Assembly: GCA_965262915.1 (NCBI GenBank)
Contig: OZ253564.1
Location: forward strand, 3,296,001 to 3,360,000
Direction: 5' to 3'
Length of the DNA stretch: 64,000 nucleotides
From: Candidatus Spongiisociaceae bacterium
GTDB taxonomy: Bacteria; Actinomycetota; Acidimicrobiia; Spongiisociales; Spongiisociaceae
The first letter of the stretch is position 1. The number at the start of each line of letters is the position of its first letter. This document shows, piece after piece, positions 59,295 to 64,000 of this stretch. The notes under the pieces are model-generated. The model saw only the letters and a program-made list of their open reading frames with translations. It had not been told where the DNA came from and made no database searches. The translations under genes and the position numbers were made by a program.

Positions 59295-59597
59295 CCCCAA
59301 TTCTTCAGGATTTGGAGGGCCACCTCCCTTGAAGCTGGTGGGGCAGGAGCCTCTGACCTGGGATTTGTGAGTGTTGACGAACCCGGGTGCCCCGCACAGG
59401 AGTCTCACCCACAGGGTGAGCGGCGACAGGACGCACTTGTCGATTCACCTGGCCGGTGGTGGAACCAGGCTTGACTACTGACTATCAACATCGACCGCCA
59501 ACACTGACCAGTGACCACTGGCCCTGGCACCTGGCACCTGGCACCTCGCACCGACCCCCCAACAAACGGGGCACCCCCCAGTATGAGTGAATCAGGG
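59295..59597. mobile_element. Non-autonomous IS remnant (IS1380-like ends) containing heptamer repeats
   Basis: ccccaattc / gaatcaggg imperfect IR, CTAG on both flanks (59291-59294, 59598-59601); (ctggcac)n at ~59516-59546. Confidence 0.5.
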
Positions 59598-59663
59598 CTA
59601 GGTTGCCCGCACCACCCCCGTCCCACCAGAATGCGCCCGGAGCGCGAGAATCCGAGGAGTGCC

Positions 59664-61415
59664 ATGACTGTTGGTGAAAGATCCACCCCCCTCATTGAGG
59701 AGCTGCCCGGACTCGATGTCACCGTCGAGCGCGATGTAGCGGCCACCATGCGAGACGGGACCGTGCTGCGATCCGACGTATACCGGCCCCGGACCCGGAC
59801 CGACCTGCCGGTGCTTCTCATCCGGAGCATCTACGACAAGCGGTCCGGTACGCCCACGTTCGGTAGCGCCCATCCCGCATGGTGGGCGGCGCAGGGCTAC
59901 GTGGTGGTGTCCCAGGATTGCCGCGGCCGCTATGCCTCCGAGGGAGAGTTCTACCCCTACCTCCACGAGATGAACGACGGCTACGACTCGGTGGAGTGGG
60001 CGGCGCGCCTACCCGGCAGCGACGGGCAGGTCGGGATGATGGGCTTCTCGTACGTCGGGGCCACCCAGTTGCTGGCAGCCGTGACCGCGCCCCCCTCGCT
60101 GGCCTCGATCACTCCCGCTTTCACCGCTTCCCAGTACTACGACGGGTGGACCTACAACGGAGGAGCCTTCGCACTCGCCTTCATCGGCTACTGGGCCAAC
60201 CTGCTGGCGCTGGAGACCGCCCAGAGAGCCGGCGATCTGGACGCCCACATCCAGCTGGGAGCGGGTCTCGGCAATGCTCCGGCCTGGTACTGGTCACTTC
60301 CGGTGGCCGCCTACCCGCCCCTCCAGGTGCCCTACGCCCCGTACTTCAAGGACTGGGTGGATCACTGCTCCTACGACGACTACTGGAAGCGGTGGAGCAT
60401 CGACGAGGACTACAGCCGCATCGACGTGCCGGCGCTGCACGTGGCCGGCTGGTACGACGTATTCCTGACCGGGACCGTCAGGAACTTCGTTGGGCTGTCG
60501 GGTTCCGGCCACGACGAACACACGAGACGGAACCAGAAGCTGGTGATGGGACCGTGGGCGCACATGCCGTGGACCCCGGTCAGCCGCCTCGGATCGGACG
60601 GTCCGTCCACGATGGAGATCGACTCGTGGCTGGTGCGGTGGTTCGACCAGACCCTCAAAGGTGAGGATACGGGGGTCTTCGACAGCCGGGTGACGGCGTT
60701 CACCCTCGACGGGGGATGGCGCGACTTCGATTCCTGGCCTCCCCGGGAGGCGGTGGTCGAGGACTGGTTCGTCCACTCGCAGGGATGTGCCAACTCCAAG
60801 TTCGGGGACGGAACCCTGGATCGGACTCCCCCGGGGGACGAGCCTCCGGACCTGTACATCCACGAGCCCGGCGTGCCGATCCCGTCGATGGGAGGGCACT
60901 CGTGCTGCTTCGACACCATCACCCCGATGGGACCGGCCGATCAACATTCCGCAGAGGTATCCCGCATGATGCTGGTCTACACATCGGAACCCCTCACCGA
61001 GGACATCGAGTTGGTGGGCGACGCCGAAGTGACCCTGTACGCGGCCAGCACGACCGCCGACACCGACTTCACGGCCCGGCTCTGCGTCGTCGACGAGTCC
61101 GGCAAGTCGGTGAACCTCCAGGAGGGGATCCTGCGAGCGCGCTATCGGGACTCCCTGGTCGATCCAGCACTCCTGAGTCCGGGGAAGGTCTACGAGTTCA
61201 AGATCGAACTCGGACCGGTGGGTGCCCGGGTCGGGGCCGGTTCCCGCCTGCGTCTCGACATCGCCAGTTCGGACTTCCCGCAGTGGGACCGCAACCTCAA
61301 CACCGGCGCCAAGCCCCTGACCGACGGCCCGCTCGACTCGACCCCTGCCACCCAGACCGTCCTGCACAACCGTTCCCACCCCACGCGGGTAAGCCTGCCC
61401 GTACTCAGGAGGTGA
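59664..61415 (+). CDS. CocE/NonD family hydrolase
   Basis: MRDGTVLRSDVYRP, QDCRGRYASEG, GFSYVG, GWYD, GPWAH, SSDFP.WDRN. Confidence 0.94.
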   Translation: MTVGERSTPLIEELPGLDVTVERDVAATMRDGTVLRSDVYRPRTRTDLPVLLIRSIYDKRSGTPTFGSAHPAWWAAQGYVVVSQDCRGRYASEGEFYPYLHEMNDGYDSVEWAARLPGSDGQVGMMGFSYVGATQLLAAVTAPPSLASITPAFTASQYYDGWTYNGGAFALAFIGYWANLLALETAQRAGDLDAHIQLGAGLGNAPAWYWSLPVAAYPPLQVPYAPYFKDWVDHCSYDDYWKRWSIDEDYSRIDVPALHVAGWYDVFLTGTVRNFVGLSGSGHDEHTRRNQKLVMGPWAHMPWTPVSRLGSDGPSTMEIDSWLVRWFDQTLKGEDTGVFDSRVTAFTLDGGWRDFDSWPPREAVVEDWFVHSQGCANSKFGDGTLDRTPPGDEPPDLYIHEPGVPIPSMGGHSCCFDTITPMGPADQHSAEVSRMMLVYTSEPLTEDIELVGDAEVTLYAASTTADTDFTARLCVVDESGKSVNLQEGILRARYRDSLVDPALLSPGKVYEFKIELGPVGARVGAGSRLRLDIASSDFPQWDRNLNTGAKPLTDGPLDSTPATQTVLHNRSHPTRVSLPVLRR

Positions 61416-61574
61416 GGGGTTTCCAGCACTTTGTGGAACGTGGCGCGTAGGCCGGATGAACCAATGGGCGGTCAAGGATCGCCGACCTCTTCGTTGTAGA
61501 ATGGTCATAGGTTTCCTATTTCGCCGGCGATACCAGCGTGTACGATCCCGATTAGTTGTGGACAGGCAGAGGCG

Positions 61575-61943
61575 ATGACCACGCACAACCTTCAAGAGTT
61601 CGACTACGCGCTTCCTTCTGAGGACTAAGTTGAGGAGGCTATCGCTCTGAAGGTTGCAGGCTTCAAGCAAGCGTTCGGAGATCGGCTGGCACAAGTGTGG
61701 CTGCATGGTTCGCGAGCCAGGGGAACTCACCGTCCCGATTCCGACGTGGACCTGGTTATAGCGATTCGCGAACACCCGCCCCATCATGACGTATTCGATC
61801 TCATTGCTTCCGTTCAAGTCCCGATATGGCTTTCACACCGTGTGTTGATCGAAAGCCACCCGACCACGTTGGAGAGGCTAGAGGACAGCGACGACGACTT
61901 TCACCATTCTGTCAGGGCTGAAGGGCGTCGCGTCGATGGATGA
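61575..61943 (+). pseudogene. Minimal nucleotidyltransferase (MNT) antitoxin with an in-frame stop
   Basis: GSRARG...DSDVD motif; TAA at 61626-61628 after ATG 61575. Confidence 0.75.
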
Positions 61944-62090
61944 CCGTCATATCGAAGGGCTGATGGCAGATAGTCGAACGGAGCTAAGTTCGGCACGTGC
62001 CAGACTTCTGGAAGGGCTATATCGTCAGAGTGTGCGGAATAGTTATTTCGGCCGTTTTCTATGCCATCAAGGCGGGTCTGGGGAATAGTG
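61936..62090 (+). pseudogene. HEPN toxin N-terminal remnant (frameshifted, truncated)
   Basis: MDDRHIEGLM...A..LLE.GLYRQSVRNSYF then AVFYAIKAGL in another frame; overlaps the MNT stop. Confidence 0.7.
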
Positions 62091-62295
62091 ACTCACCGAG
62101 GCACTGGCCGACGATTCCCACCTCTGGTCGATCCGGTGAGCAGAAGACGCGGTTCCTGCTGCACCTCGTCCACGGTCACCGGCTGAGTCCCACGCAAGAC
62201 TTAGGTAGCATTCCGCCGGGACCGAGGCGGAGCAAGCAACCTCGGGTTCCGGAACAGGTTCACCCACCGACCCCCGGCGGAGGGAGGGAGGCAAC

Positions 62296-62868
62296 ATGAG
62301 CGAGTTCAGAGATCAAACTCTCTACGAGGAGGGATCGGACGCCGGTGGGATGCCGGAGGACCACATCGAAACATTCCTCGGCAGCCCCGACAGCACGTGG
62401 CTGCTCAAGCTGGCGTTCACGAAGGAGGACGGCTGGCCGATGGTGGTCCCTCTCTGGTACCAGTGGGACGGCGAGGTCTTCTACCTGGTGGGGCGCAAGC
62501 GCTCTAAGTGGGTGGCGGATCTGAAACGGAACCCGCAGTGTGCCGTCTGCATCGAGGAACTGGCCCATCCCCGGATCCGAAAGGTGCTGGCGCAGTGCAC
62601 CGCCGAGGTCGTCGAGGGTCCCGCCAAGGGGGAAGGATCGCAGTGGGTGCCGATCGCCGAGGAGATGGCGGCCCGCTATATGGGGCCGACCGGACCGGAG
62701 CAGTTGAAGGCCTCTTGGGACTGGGATCGCTACCTGGTGAAGCTGGTCCCCCGAGACGGGAAGCTCACCTCCTGGCAGGGCGCCGACTGGGCCTCTCGCT
62801 ACTTCGATCCCGGACAGCGGCCCGATCTCGAAGCCAGGGCAGGGCAGCGGCAGACGGCCGGGGAGTGA
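62296..62868 (+). CDS. PPOX-like protein (paralogue of 15344-15883)
   Basis: DGWPMVVPLWYQWDG, LVGRKRS.W, RYMGP.GPE, TSWQG..WA.RY. Confidence 0.85.
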   Translation: MSEFRDQTLYEEGSDAGGMPEDHIETFLGSPDSTWLLKLAFTKEDGWPMVVPLWYQWDGEVFYLVGRKRSKWVADLKRNPQCAVCIEELAHPRIRKVLAQCTAEVVEGPAKGEGSQWVPIAEEMAARYMGPTGPEQLKASWDWDRYLVKLVPRDGKLTSWQGADWASRYFDPGQRPDLEARAGQRQTAGE

Positions 62869-64000
62869 AACACCTGGCCGGTCGGGCCACCGCCCTACCG
62901 CGCTCCGAGATCCGGGTCCTCTTCGACCGGGCTGCGGAGCGACCGGACACCATCCGGCTCGAAGTCGGCGAACCCAGCTTCAACACGCCGGATCACATAA
63001 TCGCCGCCGCCTACGACGCAGCCCGGGCCGGCCATACCGGCTACGGGCCCAACGGCGGCTTGTCAAGCCTGCGAGAACTGCTCTCCCACAAGATCGGACA
63101 CGTCGACCGCTTCGAGGCCCCTCCCGGCAACATCGTCGTCACCCCCGGCGGGATGAACGCCCTGTTCTCCACTTACCTGGCGCTACTCGATCCCGGTGAC
63201 GAGGTGCTCCTCCCCACCCCGGGCTTCCCCAACATGGATGCGCTGGTACGGATGCTGGGTGGGACACCGGTGTTCTACCCCCTCCACGCCGCCGACGGGT
63301 ACCTGCCCGACCCGGAACGTATCGAAGCCCTCACATCCGACCGCACCACCATCCTGTTCATCAACACCCCGGCCAACCCCACCGGCGCCGTCTTCCCGCC
63401 CGGACTGATGAGAAGCCTGGTCGAGTTGTGTGACCGTCACGATCTGTGGCTGCTGTCCGACGAGGTGTACGACGAGCTGATACTCGACGAAGGCTCGGAG
63501 CACACCTCCGCCGCCCGGTTCGACACCCAGGACCGGGTCGTCACCGTGTTCAGCTTTTCGAAGGTGTATGCCATGACCGGCTGGCGAGTCGGCTACGCCG
63601 CCGCGCCGGCCCCGGTAGCGGACCTGATGCGCAAGCTGCAGGAACCCCAGGTGTCATGTCCGAGCACCATCTCCCAGAAAGCCGCGGAGGCGGCGCTGCT
63701 CGGACCCCGAGAACCGATCAGAGCCATGCTGGACGCCTACCGCCGACGTCGCGGGGTCGCCTTGGAGGCTGCGGCGGAGGCCGGGCTTGCTTGCGTGGCC
63801 CCGGCCGGGACCATGTACATGATGCTGGAAGTCCGCACGGGAGGTCGCTCGATGCTCCGGTTCGCTCTTGACCTGCTCGACCACTACGGAGTCAGCGTCG
63901 CCCCCGGATCGGTGTTCGGACCGAGCGGCGAGGGATACGTGCGCATCTCGCTGGCCGCCGAGGACGGGGATATCGACGAAGGTCTCCGACGGCTGGGAGC
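62865..64000 (+). CDS. PLP-dependent class I/II aminotransferase (runs off window)
   Basis: Manual translation MKHLAGRATALPRSEIR...EVGEPSF, NTPANPTG, SDEVY, SFSKVYAMTGWRVG; GTGA overlap with the PPOX gene. Confidence 0.92.
   Translation, partial: MKHLAGRATALPRSEIRVLFDRAAERPDTIRLEVGEPSFNTPDHIIAAAYDAARAGHTGYGPNGGLSSLRELLSHKIGHVDRFEAPPGNIVVTPGGMNALFSTYLALLDPGDEVLLPTPGFPNMDALVRMLGGTPVFYPLHAADGYLPDPERIEALTSDRTTILFINTPANPTGAVFPPGLMRSLVELCDRHDLWLLSDEVYDELILDEGSEHTSAARFDTQDRVVTVFSFSKVYAMTGWRVGYAAAPAPVADLMRKLQEPQVSCPSTISQKAAEAALLGPREPIRAMLDAYRRRRGVALEAAAEAGLACVAPAGTMYMMLEVRTGGRSMLRFALDLLDHYGVSVAPGSVFGPSGEGYVRISLAAEDGDIDEGLRRLG

Overview
High-GC actinobacterial DNA, most consistent with Acidimicrobiia. 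A host-associated (e.g. sponge-symbiont) lifestyle is inferred from a giant FN3/cadherin/SLH/LRR surface protein and the high toxin-antitoxin (TA) density. Layout: (1) 1-7 kb housekeeping block tsaD-rimI-tsaB-tsaE-udg-P1 peptidase-hypothetical-alr, with a tandem MITE pair; (2) 7-28.5 kb orphan catabolic/uptake region (SDRs, alpha/beta hydrolases, FAH, RidA, amidase with a small partner, aldolase, acetamidase, aminotransferase, amidohydrolase, and a split peptide-type ABC transporter with duplicated OppB); (3) 28.5-39.7 kb defence island: a type I R-M locus with an extra half-size HsdS, HicAB embedded between hsdM and hsdS, an HsdS with two ~99% identical TRDs, an HsdR with Arg at the catalytic Lys position, an IS1182 plus nested MITEs at the hsdR stop codon, then an M48 peptidase and VapBC; (4) 39.7-51.7 kb hydrolases, more TA modules, and two membrane proteins sharing four copies of an unrecognised ~130-aa helical repeat, one carrying an apparently inactivated PLD-nuclease-like domain; (5) a ~2440-aa adhesin-like protein, a CocE/NonD hydrolase, a decayed MNT-HEPN pair and the start of a second PPOX + aminotransferase module. 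The best candidates for an undescribed system are the atypical R-M/TA locus and the dead-PLD/helical-repeat membrane protein pair. All family calls come from motif recognition by eye; no searches were run.
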